Source: an uncultured virus (IMG/VR IMGVR_UViG_3300002092_000038) (lineage: Duplodnaviria; Heunggongvirae; Uroviricota; Caudoviricetes). From it: a stretch of 20,000 nt of DNA. Each line of letters opens with the position of its first letter. Within the stretch, counting starts at the first letter, position 1. Position numbers and translations under genes: made by a program. The stretch lies in IMG/VR virus record IMGVR_UViG_3300002092_000038; one strand, 5' to 3'. Shown here piece by piece: positions 7,548 to 17,599 of this stretch. Under the pieces are notes generated by a model. That model was not told where the DNA came from. It ran no database searches and saw only the letters and a program-made list of their open reading frames with translations.

Positions 7548-9119
7548 TTAGAATTGTGGTATCTGTTCTATAAGAGCTGTTCTTGTAGGATCTTCCATGA
7601 ACACGTCATATCTATCCTTCATCCAGATTGTATAACCTGGGAACATATTAGCAGACTGCATACCCTTTGAAGCGTAGTGGCCTAAGTGAGAATATGTACC
7701 ATCTACATAACCCCAAGTCATTGAAGGTGAACCTTGATGCCTTACTTCTCTTACGTTATCAGAAAGTGAAGTACCGTCCTTCATTGGAGAAACATCGAAC
7801 ACCATAAATATAGGTGTAGATTTCTTGTTCCTACCAAACTCAGAGTTTGTTTGTGGAAGGTCTAATTCCATCAAGTGAGAAAGTGTTATCTCACCAGTAT
7901 CAGAAGTAACCATTGAATCGAAAGCCCAGTTGATCACCATATGCTGACCAGAACCTTGTATGAACTTATCATTAACACCAGCTACGATTGTAAGACCTGC
8001 TTTAAGCAAATCATCCTTAGCTGCTGTCCTAAAGACTTCCATACCAGCCTCATTTGTAAACATATGAACCTTCCTGTTCTTCATATCAACTCTCCTATAG
8101 AAGAGATCACCAAAGACGTTTCTTATGATATTGATAGAGAACTGACCATCATTATACTGTTCAAGATTACCATATTTCCTCATTCTAGGATAAACACCCA
8201 TAGAAAGTTTCTTAAGATCTTGCAGACCTGAACCAGAGTAAGATGAACCGCCTTGCGCCCATATCATTTTCTCTGCTTTCATTTCCAGCATTTCTTTCCT
8301 CATCATAGCTTCAATGAATGGTTCCCAAGCAGCCAGTGCATAGTGAGTACCTGTTTCATTTCTCATTCTCTTATGATAAGTAATTATATCCAATGGACCA
8401 TTAGAATCCATTTCAAGAGATACACCCTTGAGAGATCTTGTATCAGCCCAGTCAGTTACTGTGTGTTGTTTACCATTACCAGAACCAAGAGATTCATAAA
8501 GAGTAATTTCATCACCCAAAGAACCAAGACCAGAAAGCTTATCATCAAACTCGCCAATGGCATTATACAGGATATGATATTCTTTACCCTCTTGTAACCA
8601 TTGTGGATCTACTGCTGTAGTCATTGGGTTAGTAGTTACTAACTGCAGTGTATACAACCAAGCCCTACCATATGGCTGAGGATCTTCCTTAACAATGAAT
8701 TGCTGACCATACATCTTATGTGCAGTAATCACATCATTAATATAAAATTCTTTCTTATCAAATATAACTTGGAATGATTGCTGATCCAAACCTATACTAG
8801 ACAAAGCTAGTGTAGCATCAGGGACTTCAACAATAACAGGATACTGATAAGGTACATGCACCTTCCATTTCCAATAGTCAGAGTTCTTATCTATATAATA
8901 AGGCTTAGACTTATTGACCATCTGCAAGAAGTCATTAGCATAGAGAGAAGTCTGAGTATACAAAGAAATTATTTTCTTATCATAATCAGCAGGTTCACTC
9001 ATATGTAATTGTGAAATGTGATTAGCATCTGTTAATTTACCGATTGTCCTCTTATTCATAGAGGAATATCTAGATGCAATGAATCCACTGGAGTACCCAG
9101 GTATTTGCTGTAATGCCAT
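7548..9119 (-). CDS. Major capsid protein, crAss-like (523 aa)
   Basis: Motifs TDANH.S, YW.WKV, EK.IW..G, G.Y..MR.YGN, LFYRRV....R.V..FTNEAG, F.EDPTR..LIE; located after the portal and an acidic scaffold; higher GC than its neighbours. Confidence 0.92.
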   Translation of the reverse strand: MALQQIPGYSSGFIASRYSSMNKRTIGKLTDANHISQLHMSEPADYDKKIISLYTQTSLYANDFLQMVNKSKPYYIDKNSDYWKWKVHVPYQYPVIVEVPDATLALSSIGLDQQSFQVIFDKKEFYINDVITAHKMYGQQFIVKEDPQPYGRAWLYTLQLVTTNPMTTAVDPQWLQEGKEYHILYNAIGEFDDKLSGLGSLGDEITLYESLGSGNGKQHTVTDWADTRSLKGVSLEMDSNGPLDIITYHKRMRNETGTHYALAAWEPFIEAMMRKEMLEMKAEKMIWAQGGSSYSGSGLQDLKKLSMGVYPRMRKYGNLEQYNDGQFSINIIRNVFGDLFYRRVDMKNRKVHMFTNEAGMEVFRTAAKDDLLKAGLTIVAGVNDKFIQGSGQHMVINWAFDSMVTSDTGEITLSHLMELDLPQTNSEFGRNKKSTPIFMVFDVSPMKDGTSLSDNVREVRHQGSPSMTWGYVDGTYSHLGHYASKGMQSANMFPGYTIWMKDRYDVFMEDPTRTALIEQIPQF

Positions 9120-9166
9120 TGTTTTTTATGTTTTTTATTAATTTATTACTATAATTCTATTACAAA

Positions 9167-10372
9167 TTACATATCCTTAAAAAAATCGGAAGTTTTACCT
9201 GTTTCCTTTTTAGGTTCTGTATTCCTATTCCTTGTATTAAAATTAAAAAGATCTTTCTTTTCTTTAGAAGCAGCAGTAGTAACTACTGAACCAAGATTCA
9301 ATTTAATTGGTTTACCAGGTTGGAAATCAAGAAGCAATTGCAACATAGCTTTAGCTTCATGATTTTGAGGTTTATTTAATTCCAATATTGCATAATCCCA
9401 ATCAGTTATTAATTCACCATCAGGGAGTTTCCATTTCTTTGTTTCTAAAGCATCTATAGCTTTATTAGCTATATCTTTTGTGATTGGTATACCGTTAAAG
9501 TCTTTTGTCTTTAACTTTTCTCCAAACATATTTCTAAGATTTGCTTTATACTGTTCTTCTTGTGCTTGTTTTTGTTGATGCTTTATTTTAGCATTTTCTT
9601 GCAAAGAAGCTTTTTCTTGTTCTTCAATCTTAACAAGAGCTTTATGATACCTTAAAGAATCTGATTCCAATTCTGAATTTAACTTCAGAGATTTAATCTT
9701 ATCTTCTATATCAGTTTCATCCCAACCTTGTTTTCTTAAGGCTGTCCTAACAACTGCTACTTGGTTATCTTCTATCTTCAAATCCATTTCTTTAAATGAT
9801 TGGATTTGTTGAAATTTAGCTATGTACTCTTTAGGAGAAACGCCATCTACAAAAATAGCATCAAACATTTCGCCATATTCAGTTCCATACTTATTTATGA
9901 AAGTTCCTAAAAGATCTTCAGCAGCAGCTTCTTTTTCTTTTTGCCACCTAGAAGTAAATTCTTCTTGTGTTTTAGGTCTTTCTTCACCTTCTTCTGTAGG
10001 AGAGAATATTCCAATTTCTTCTAAATCTTTAGCTAATTCTTCTAAGTAACTTAGATCTTTAACTTCTTCTTTAGGAGCTTTAGGATTTTTTTGGTTTTCA
10101 GTATCCAACTTTGATTCTGGATCATCTTCCATAAAATCCTTATCTATTAATTTTCTAGCTTCTTCTTCTTCTTTCTTAGCTTTTTCAGCTAAGGCTGCAG
10201 CGGCTGCTTTTTCTTTATCAGAATCTGCTTTACCTTTTTCTGCTGCTTGTTTTTTATCTTCTTCTGAAGCAGGTGTTAAATCATCTGTAGATGTTTGAGG
10301 TCCAAATGTATTATCAATTTGGAGTTGCTCAATATTATCATCTATAGTACTGAAAATATTCTCTTCTGTCAT
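9167..10372 (-). CDS. Putative capsid scaffolding protein (401 aa)
   Basis: Highly acidic and charged with a disordered N-terminus and coiled-coil segments; lies between portal and MCP. Confidence 0.7.
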   Translation of the reverse strand: MTEENIFSTIDDNIEQLQIDNTFGPQTSTDDLTPASEEDKKQAAEKGKADSDKEKAAAAALAEKAKKEEEEARKLIDKDFMEDDPESKLDTENQKNPKAPKEEVKDLSYLEELAKDLEEIGIFSPTEEGEERPKTQEEFTSRWQKEKEAAAEDLLGTFINKYGTEYGEMFDAIFVDGVSPKEYIAKFQQIQSFKEMDLKIEDNQVAVVRTALRKQGWDETDIEDKIKSLKLNSELESDSLRYHKALVKIEEQEKASLQENAKIKHQQKQAQEEQYKANLRNMFGEKLKTKDFNGIPITKDIANKAIDALETKKWKLPDGELITDWDYAILELNKPQNHEAKAMLQLLLDFQPGKPIKLNLGSVVTTAASKEKKDLFNFNTRNRNTEPKKETGKTSDFFKDM

Positions 10373-10409
10373 ATGTAGTTATTTTTATTTCCTTTTATTA
10401 ATTAGAATG

Positions 10410-10441
10410 TAAAGGTATTATGATTTATATTAATTTCCAAA
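10410..10441 (-). promoter_or_regulatory. Bacteroidota-type promoter for the scaffold/MCP operon
   Basis: TTTG (10441-10438) - 20 nt - TACCTTTA (10417-10410), matching TTTG-N19-21-TAnnTTTG with one mismatch. Confidence 0.7.
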
Positions 10442-10485
10442 TTTTAACAGGTTAAACGGTTAAATATTGGTTTTTTCGTTCATTA

Positions 10486-13209
10486 TTATGATTTTGAAGA
10501 AGTCTTACTTTTTGCTATAGCCATTTTTTCTTTTTCTATTTTTTCTCTTGTTACTCTGTCTCTTTCTTCTTGATCCAGTTTTTTATTTTTATGTTCATTA
10601 TCTAACATATCTTTTTGTTCCTTTTGTTGTAACTTCCTATTTTCAAGATCCATTCTAATAGATTCTAAATCTCTTTTAGCTATTGATTCTTGTTCTTTTA
10701 AATTATGAGAAAGTATATCTAACATATCAGGAGAACCTGTACTTTGGTTATCTTTATTTATTTGAATAGCTTGTTCTATTCTTTTAATTGTTATAGCAGT
10801 ATTAGCCTTGGTATCTATATCATAGATTTTAATTTGATTATCTTCTTGATGTTCTTTTTCTCTTTGCTGAATATCCATTTCATTTTTCTTATTCTCAGCT
10901 TCTACTTTAGCCTGTTCATTTTTCTGGTTATCTTGAGCAAGTTTTTCATTTTGTTCTTTGATTTTTTTAAGACCATCCATTTTTTGCCTAACAGAAGTTT
11001 CCTGATAAAGATAAGCTACATCATAACCAGAAACACCATTTTGAAGCATTCCTTGTGTAAGTTCATCAAGCTTATTATTAAATCTTTGATCGGATTCTCT
11101 AGAAGTAATAAATAATTTAATATCTCTATTCTTAAGATCATTTTGAGTCTGTACTTGACAGAACATATTACCACCTTCACTATCAATATAAGATACAGTA
11201 CTTTTTGGTTTCTTACATTCTATATATTGAGCTACATCTATTACTGCTTGTAATAGTTGATTCTCAACATATTCCTGTTGTACAAAATAAGGTTCTGTTT
11301 GAGCATAAGATTGAGCAACGGCTGTATTAGTACCTGTAGCTGTTTGACTAGCTTGTATTTGTCCTAATCTTTGTTCATTAAGCCCTACTAATTTCCAACA
11401 TTCTGCTCTACACATTAATGCTAAATTCATTCTAGCATTAATAACATCACTCATACTCATATCCTGAACAGTAAACTGGTTAAAGGAAGAACCTCCTTTA
11501 GTATTTTCTGGAGAATCATCTATGAAACAGATGCCTTCTTCTTCCATTTTCTTTAACCAAATTTCTTCAGAATTCTTATAATCAATACCTTTTAATAAAG
11601 GTATAAACCTTTTATTAAAGAATAATACTTTACCTTTTTCTTTTTCAAGGTATCTATAAACCTGGTTCATACAAACATTATATAATGTCTGCCAAGGTTT
11701 CATAAGATCAACAAGAGAAACAGAAATAGTATTTTTTATCTCATGTATTACACCAATGATAGGACAATAATCTAATATTTCTAAAGGAGAAACATGGTAT
11801 ATATCGTCTCCTATTTTAACACCTTTATACCATTGGTTAACCCATCCCCACACTAAAGAAATTTCTCTAGGATGTGATCCTGGTTTATAGTTATCATCTA
11901 CAATTTCACACTGCTCAATATTATTTTTATCCCTATAGGTTAATAGTCCTTGTTTTCTTTTAGACTTCCAATAAGAAGTAGTAACTACAAATCTATTACC
12001 AAAAGTACCAACAGAAGGTGCAGCGTTGCCTAAGAAACCATCTAAAGACTGTTGGTTCTCAGATTGTATCATAGCTTCCATTTTAGTTCTCTCATCAAGA
12101 ACTAATGGGTCATAAGCATTATATTGTATACTGTCTATACCATTACCACCATTGTTAGGTCTAAATAAATTAGATTCTCTAGAGTAAGGGAAGAATGCCA
12201 TCATAGCATATTTCCTTAAGTGGTCTATTTCGTTTTCAGGTAAATCATATTTATCAATTATTTCTGATAACTCCATGATTTCTATAATACCTGCAGCATA
12301 TGCATCCCTTATATATTTCTTATCAGGAGTAGTAAGCCACCAAGTATATTTAGGATTTAAACAATCTACTGTAAATCCTGTTTTAGTTTTGTTTTCATAG
12401 ATATGATAAAATTGCCTATTGCAAATAAGCATATCTCTGAATCCTTCTTCAAAAAGTTCTTTAAGATTAAACTCTACTTTTAAAGAAGCAAGCATGTTTC
12501 CAGCCCACTTTTCTGCTTCAGAAGAATAAGAACTCATAGATTCTTTGATATAATCCTGAGTCTGTTCTTCTACTTGTTGGTTAAACTCTTCTACATTAGA
12601 AGTATCTACTCCTTGAGATTTAAGTTTATTTTTAATTAAGCTATTAGCTTTTTGATATACTAGTTTGTTTTTAAGATCAGTATAATATTTTTCTTCTTCA
12701 GATTGTGATAAAGAATCTACACACTTAGGTCTTGATATATCAGGTCTTTTTGATTTTTCTCCTACTAAATCATTAATAGGAGGATTCATTATTTGATAAC
12801 ATTGTACATAAGCAGGTAAATCCGCATCTTTTATAAGTTGATCTGTCATACTCATAACAGGTCCTTCCTGATAGAAATCTTGTATAGTTATTATATTTTT
12901 TAATATCTCATAGTTTCTAACTATTTTAGATCTCTGATAATTATATTGTGCAAGACCTACAGTATAAAAATAATCCATGTTTATCTTTTGCCAAACACCA
13001 GAAGACTTAGTATCTTCTTTTACATTTTGTTTAGGCATAGGAATAACATTACCATAATCGTCTGTTATTTGTCTTTGATCATTTAAAACAATATTCTTCT
13101 TAAGTTGCTCACTATAATATAAACCCTCTTCAATAAATTGATCAGGATATAAATTAAGCATTACCTCATAAGGAGCTTTGTAGTCTGGTATATTACGAAT
13201 TATAGCCAT
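10486..13209 (-). CDS. Portal protein, crAss-like (907 aa)
   Basis: Directly after TerL; motifs I.NPPINDLVGE..KRP, YWKS.RK.G.L, W.WVNQW..G.KIG, SLVDLMKP.Q.LYN; long charged coiled-coil C-terminus. Confidence 0.92.
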   Translation of the reverse strand: MAIIRNIPDYKAPYEVMLNLYPDQFIEEGLYYSEQLKKNIVLNDQRQITDDYGNVIPMPKQNVKEDTKSSGVWQKINMDYFYTVGLAQYNYQRSKIVRNYEILKNIITIQDFYQEGPVMSMTDQLIKDADLPAYVQCYQIMNPPINDLVGEKSKRPDISRPKCVDSLSQSEEEKYYTDLKNKLVYQKANSLIKNKLKSQGVDTSNVEEFNQQVEEQTQDYIKESMSSYSSEAEKWAGNMLASLKVEFNLKELFEEGFRDMLICNRQFYHIYENKTKTGFTVDCLNPKYTWWLTTPDKKYIRDAYAAGIIEIMELSEIIDKYDLPENEIDHLRKYAMMAFFPYSRESNLFRPNNGGNGIDSIQYNAYDPLVLDERTKMEAMIQSENQQSLDGFLGNAAPSVGTFGNRFVVTTSYWKSKRKQGLLTYRDKNNIEQCEIVDDNYKPGSHPREISLVWGWVNQWYKGVKIGDDIYHVSPLEILDYCPIIGVIHEIKNTISVSLVDLMKPWQTLYNVCMNQVYRYLEKEKGKVLFFNKRFIPLLKGIDYKNSEEIWLKKMEEEGICFIDDSPENTKGGSSFNQFTVQDMSMSDVINARMNLALMCRAECWKLVGLNEQRLGQIQASQTATGTNTAVAQSYAQTEPYFVQQEYVENQLLQAVIDVAQYIECKKPKSTVSYIDSEGGNMFCQVQTQNDLKNRDIKLFITSRESDQRFNNKLDELTQGMLQNGVSGYDVAYLYQETSVRQKMDGLKKIKEQNEKLAQDNQKNEQAKVEAENKKNEMDIQQREKEHQEDNQIKIYDIDTKANTAITIKRIEQAIQINKDNQSTGSPDMLDILSHNLKEQESIAKRDLESIRMDLENRKLQQKEQKDMLDNEHKNKKLDQEERDRVTREKIEKEKMAIAKSKTSSKS

Positions 13210-13213
13210 TATA

Positions 13214-15316
13214 TTATTTGAATAATTTTAAAATTCTTGAATCACTAGGAGTATGTCCTAAAGGTTTAAAAGTAGATCTTCTACTTACTATATTTTTTCC
13301 ATAATTTTCAGGAGGCAAGTATCTAGGATCTTCTGTTTCTACTAACACTTTCATTTTTTGTGCATCTAGTTTTCTTGCACATGTTATGGCTAAAGAAGCT
13401 GCAATTTCTCTATCGAAGTTACCGTCTTTATTCCATTTAATTATTTCAGAAAGTAACATAGGATCATATACCTTAGTTACTCCTAATAATTTTTTTGTTT
13501 CAGTAGATCCTGCTATTGGTATAGTAGTAAATACTTCTTCAAAGTATTGTTTTTGTGTTGTTCTAAGTAATTCTTTAACTTTAGGTGCAGCACTACTAAT
13601 ACCTTTAGCTCTAGTTAAAGTACTTGAGTTAGGTATAAATTCTTTAAGCCAGTCAGGAGTATCCATTAAATAATGTCCGTCACCTTTAGCTATCATATAA
13701 TCTATAAAAGACATTTCATCATTTTCACACAATGTTACAGCATTGTAATACTTGATTAATAGCCTTGCATTATTATTCCAATTTTCTTTACTATCAGGTC
13801 TACCTACATACCAAGCTACAAACATATCTTGGAAAGAATCTGATTGAACATCATACATTCTTTTGAAAATATATACTGCCCCTAAAGAATCAGAATTAGG
13901 AGCTTTTTCAAATCTATATGGGTCAACTCCTGCTACATATAATCCCCAAGGAGTTATAGTAGGATGTTCTAAAATAACTATAGGAGTATTTGTATTTTCA
14001 TGTAAACATGGAAAACTTGTAATAGGAGTTTTAGTACTAGGCTTATGTCTAATTTTAACGTCTTCTATATTAATAGGACCATGAATAGTATTATCTTGAT
14101 ATTCTTCAAGTTCTACCCACATTCCTATTTTAAGACCTGGATACTTTCTTTCTAATTCATCTTTTTGATTCTGAGCTATCTCAGTATTATAAAAATTCTC
14201 TGAAGAAGAAAGAAAGCATTCTTTAGGAGTTAAAGGGAAATACATTATAAGCTTAAGATAATCTGTTTGATCAGGGTCTTGAGCTTTTAATCTTCTTTCT
14301 TCTTTAATTTTTTCTAATGCTTTCTTTTTATCTGAAACTAAAATAGGTATTTTAACAAGTTCAGGATATTCTCCTTGAGGAATTTTTCCTTCAGATATTA
14401 AATAGTCAGCCAGATTAGTTTTATATTTACAATCTGTTCTAAACAAACCAGACATAAATAATCCTGTCTTTTCTCCAGTATCAGCATTAATAAAAGATAA
14501 AAAGTTATTTGCTTCAGGGTGATAAAATATCCTTTCAGCATCTTCTCCTTTTTCAAATGAACCTCCTGTACCTACTAATATAGGAATAGCTCTCCATCCA
14601 TATTTGGACATAAGAGCAGGTTTTGCAGCTTCTAAAGCTTGAGAGAAACGAGACTTACCAATTTCATCCATGATGAATGATTTAGCGCTTAACCCCGCTG
14701 GTCCTTCTGTATTTTGACCTTCAGCTATATTTCTTATAATTATGTGAGACCATATAATATCTTCACCATCTGTAGCTTTATAGCCTAATGTAATTTCTTT
14801 TGCTCTTTTGTCTTTAGTTAACTTAGGTTTTTTCATACCATCCCAAAGTTTACTAAGACCATAATTGAGTCTTAATTTTATATTATTTAAATCATCTTCA
14901 CTACCACTTACTACAGCGTTTTGACTCTTTTTAAAAAGAGTAGCGTTGTAAGCAGTGAAGGAAGATTCTATAGTAGATTTGCCACCTTGTCTTAATCCTA
15001 CTTCTATATAACCTTTTAAACCATCAGGATGAGTTCTACATTTTTCAAGAGCTTCAGCTCTTATCCATTCATTATCTCTTAATGATGCTACTGTTTCAAA
15101 AGGTATTATATTTCCATGCTCATCTTTAATATCATCACTGATCCACCAAAAATTCATGTGCCAGTATAACCAACCAGATATAAACACCCCATCAACGTAA
15201 ACTCCTCCTAAGCACCTATCTATTTCTTGCTTTCTAAAAGCTTTCCTAGCATCAGTTCCTTTAGGAGGAATATTTTTACGATTAATAAAAAAGTCTTCGT
15301 ATTTAATATTTTCCAT
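13214..15316 (-). CDS. terL: Terminase large subunit (700 aa)
   Basis: Walker A-like GLRQGGKST, Walker B FIMDEIGK, coupling motif GTGG, nuclease motifs YVAGVDPY and GNFDRE; no intein-sized insertion. Confidence 0.95.
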   Translation of the reverse strand: MENIKYEDFFINRKNIPPKGTDARKAFRKQEIDRCLGGVYVDGVFISGWLYWHMNFWWISDDIKDEHGNIIPFETVASLRDNEWIRAEALEKCRTHPDGLKGYIEVGLRQGGKSTIESSFTAYNATLFKKSQNAVVSGSEDDLNNIKLRLNYGLSKLWDGMKKPKLTKDKRAKEITLGYKATDGEDIIWSHIIIRNIAEGQNTEGPAGLSAKSFIMDEIGKSRFSQALEAAKPALMSKYGWRAIPILVGTGGSFEKGEDAERIFYHPEANNFLSFINADTGEKTGLFMSGLFRTDCKYKTNLADYLISEGKIPQGEYPELVKIPILVSDKKKALEKIKEERRLKAQDPDQTDYLKLIMYFPLTPKECFLSSSENFYNTEIAQNQKDELERKYPGLKIGMWVELEEYQDNTIHGPINIEDVKIRHKPSTKTPITSFPCLHENTNTPIVILEHPTITPWGLYVAGVDPYRFEKAPNSDSLGAVYIFKRMYDVQSDSFQDMFVAWYVGRPDSKENWNNNARLLIKYYNAVTLCENDEMSFIDYMIAKGDGHYLMDTPDWLKEFIPNSSTLTRAKGISSAAPKVKELLRTTQKQYFEEVFTTIPIAGSTETKKLLGVTKVYDPMLLSEIIKWNKDGNFDREIAASLAITCARKLDAQKMKVLVETEDPRYLPPENYGKNIVSRRSTFKPLGHTPSDSRILKLFK

Positions 15317-15318
15317 AA

Positions 15319-15648
15319 TTAATTACCGTCTTCATCGTCTTCCATACTTTCTGGAATATCTATTCCTCCTCTCACCTGTTTCTTTTTAGCTTCTTCAGCT
15401 TCCCTCATAAAATTAACAACCTTAAGTAAATCAAGATATTCTTTCATAGTATCTCTTACACACTTTATCTGTTGCTCTATGGAGGCTATAACCATAGGTA
15501 TAGCACCTCCTTTAGCTGTAGGTTTCCATTCAATCCTATCCTTCATCTGATCAAAAGGATTATCATCTACGTATTGTTTCCACTCACGTAATTTCTGTTC
15601 AGCCCAATCTAATTCAGCCTCTATATATACTTGTTTCTTTGCAGCCAT
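15319..15648 (-). CDS. Candidate terminase small subunit (109 aa)
   Basis: Ends 2 nt upstream of terL; helical, with a C-terminal KKQVRGG followed by an acidic tail. Function is inferred from position. Confidence 0.55.
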   Translation of the reverse strand: MAAKKQVYIEAELDWAEQKLREWKQYVDDNPFDQMKDRIEWKPTAKGGAIPMVIASIEQQIKCVRDTMKEYLDLLKVVNFMREAEEAKKKQVRGGIDIPESMEDDEDGN

Positions 15649-15651
15649 AAC

Positions 15652-15960
15652 TTAAAAATCATTATCAGGAATAGAATCTAAATCAATAGGATCTTCAAAC
15701 ATTAATTCTTTATTATCTATATTCTTACCATCTTTAAGAATTTTTTCTATTTCATCTTCATTAGGAAGATACATTTCGGTCATGTATTTTTCCAAAGCAA
15801 ACAAAAACTCTTTATTTTCTACTCCCCAAAGAGTAGTATAATCAGAAGTAGCATCTGAAATATGTCTTAAAATATTTTGATTTGGAAACTTATCATTCAG
15901 TTCCTTTAGTATATTTATTATTTTATTAAATATTTCATGCTGCTTATTCTTGTGTGCCAT
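15652..15960 (-). CDS. Hypothetical helical phage protein (102 aa)
   Basis: Coupled ORF within the operon; IINILKEL..KFP.Q.I.RHI motif; acidic C-terminus. Confidence 0.7.
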   Translation of the reverse strand: MAHKNKQHEIFNKIINILKELNDKFPNQNILRHISDATSDYTTLWGVENKEFLFALEKYMTEMYLPNEDEIEKILKDGKNIDNKELMFEDPIDLDSIPDNDF

Positions 15961-16354
15961 TTTCGTTTACTTTATTAGTCATTAGTTTTATCTTGTAATC
16001 AATCAAGTCCTTTTTTATTTCTTCTGTTTCTAGTATTTTATTTGCTGTATCATCATCTGTAACAGGTCCCCATTTACTAGTTTCTCCAGGAAAGTTAGAA
16101 GTACTATCTCCTAAAGGACAATGTGATGAAGGAGATCTAGATTTGAGGTACATATTACAACCACAATCAATACAGAAAGCATCTTTTCTAATAACTTTGG
16201 AAGGATCTAATAAACCATTAGTTAAAGCATTAGGAGAATAGTAAGGACAAGTTTTACATGTTGCTAATCTTTCTTCAGATAGTTTTTCTATTTCATCTTT
16301 AACAAATATAGAATTATTAATACCTTCTAATAATCCTTTAAGATCTATGTGCAT
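15944..16354 (-). CDS. Cys-motif, putative Zn-binding protein, DUF6171-like (136 aa)
   Basis: Pattern ERL..CxxC...CxxCGC...K......CP....KW. Confidence 0.7.
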   Translation of the reverse strand: MHIDLKGLLEGINNSIFVKDEIEKLSEERLATCKTCPYYSPNALTNGLLDPSKVIRKDAFCIDCGCNMYLKSRSPSSHCPLGDSTSNFPGETSKWGPVTDDDTANKILETEEIKKDLIDYKIKLMTNKVNENGTQE

Positions 16355-16715
16355 CTTGTATTTCTTTTTTTATTTCTTCTTCTATTTCTTTTTGTAATTC
16401 TATAACCTTAAAAACATCAAATGGTATAGGATTATCTATCAGATGAACATTATCAAAATCTCCTGGTTTGACTTCTATACCATCTTTAAGTATTAACGTA
16501 GAAACTTCTACATTTTCAGGTGTAATAGAGCAACTATCAAGTAATGAACATCCATCAGTTTCAGGAGTATAAACTACTTCATCAGAAATAATATGACCTT
16601 CTGCTTTAAGCTTTTCTTCTATATCATGGGTTAAAACTTTAACTGATCCCAATAAATTTAAAGCTTCTGCTTTTCTTTCTTCTACTGCTTTATTTATTTC
16701 TTCAATAGACTTCAT
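16338..16715 (-). CDS. Hypothetical acidic protein (125 aa)
   Basis: ATGA-coupled to the upstream gene and overlaps the downstream gene. Confidence 0.7.
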   Translation of the reverse strand: MKSIEEINKAVEERKAEALNLLGSVKVLTHDIEEKLKAEGHIISDEVVYTPETDGCSLLDSCSITPENVEVSTLILKDGIEVKPGDFDNVHLIDNPIPFDVFKVIELQKEIEEEIKKEIQDAHRS

Positions 16716-17020
16716 CTTTTCTTAGTATTTAAATATTCTATTTTATCTTTTAATCTTGAAATTTCTTTTTCTTTACCTTCCATACTAGAATATTTTTCTA
16801 GTAATAGTTTTAGTTTTTCCAGATTCTTATTTACAATAAGAGCTTTAATATCTAATCTAAGTAAATCTGAAACTTCAATACTATTGTATTTTCTAGTAGC
16901 TTCTAAAGTTTTTCTCCATTGAAACTGATGAAGTTTTTCAATCAGTTCTATAGGGTATACTTCTAGTTCTGCAGTTACTTTTTCTATTATTGCTGAACTA
17001 ATGGTTTCTGATACAAACAT
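16712..17020 (-). CDS. Divergent HU/IHF-like DNA-binding protein (102 aa)
   Basis: Helix-helix-strand pattern IIEKVTAEL...ELIEKL..F......SIEVSDLLRLDIK resembles the HU/IHF fold; IHF-like genes are known in crAss-like structural modules. Confidence 0.55.
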   Translation of the reverse strand: MFVSETISSAIIEKVTAELEVYPIELIEKLHQFQWRKTLEATRKYNSIEVSDLLRLDIKALIVNKNLEKLKLLLEKYSSMEGKEKEISRLKDKIEYLNTKKR

Positions 17021-17367
17021 TTAACACCAAATATAAACTTATCATTATTTATAAAATCCAAAGCTATTTGTGGATTTATTTTAGTTTTATTGTCTACCTT
17101 AACTAGTAATCCTACTTTAGTAAGTTTACTAATCATATTGTATAAAGTAGCTTTACAACTATCAAACCTAGTTATAAAATCAGCTCTAGAATTAATAGAA
17201 GCTATATTACCTACAGTAGATATGTGTGCCAAAAGTTCTAATTCTAATTTAGAAACTTTTATACCATGAGAAACAGTTATAATAGAATAATAAAGATATG
17301 CTATATCTCTTTTATCTTTATATTCTTTTTTAAAGGATCTACTGTTCCTACCTATTGTGTTTTCCAT
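16987..17367 (-). CDS. Winged helix-turn-helix DNA-binding protein (~126 aa)
   Basis: SKLELELLAHI...SRADFITRFDSCKATLYNMISKLTKVGLLVKVDNKTKINP is a wHTH pattern. ATG 17367 is preferred because TTG 17388 falls inside the promoter box. Confidence 0.7.
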   Translation of the reverse strand: MENTIGRNSRSFKKEYKDKRDIAYLYYSIITVSHGIKVSKLELELLAHISTVGNIASINSRADFITRFDSCKATLYNMISKLTKVGLLVKVDNKTKINPQIALDFINNDKFIFGVKCLYQKPLVQQ

Positions 17368-17385
17368 TATGTATTTATTACTTAA

Positions 17386-17431
17386 CAAAGTTACATTATT
17401 ATAATTATAAATAACTATAATAGTGTAACTT
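17386..17431 (-). promoter_or_regulatory. -7 box TAACTTTG overlapping a 44-bp quasi-palindrome (candidate operator or hairpin)
   Basis: aagttacattattataattat-aa-ataactataatagtgtaactt (17388-17431; 21-nt arms, 2 mismatches); TAACTTTG at 17393-17386. Confidence 0.65.
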
Positions 17432-17442
17432 GTTTAATTTTT

Positions 17443-17598
17443 TTAATTAGATTTATTTTTCAAGTTTTTAGAAGACTTAGATCTAATCAATACATTCATA
17501 TTTCTAAGGGTAGCAGCTCTAGACTTTTCTATTTCTATATCTTCCTTAGTTTTAAGATTAGGACTTAAAGTATCTTTTCCTTTTTCTGATATTAACAT
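17443..17598 (-). CDS. 51-aa basic hypothetical protein; absent from the ORF track
   Basis: ATG 1 nt after the upstream stop: MLISEKGKDTLSPNLKTKEDIEIEKSRAATLRNMNVLIRSKSSKNLKNKSN*; fills the gap. Confidence 0.55.
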   Translation of the reverse strand: MLISEKGKDTLSPNLKTKEDIEIEKSRAATLRNMNVLIRSKSSKNLKNKSN

Positions 17599-17599
17599 A

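Noticed and set aside
13214..15316. Intein, intron or homing endonuclease in terL (also considered for portal and MCP)
   Set aside because: The frames are continuous and of normal length, with no intein splice motifs or LAGLIDADG/HNH signatures seen.
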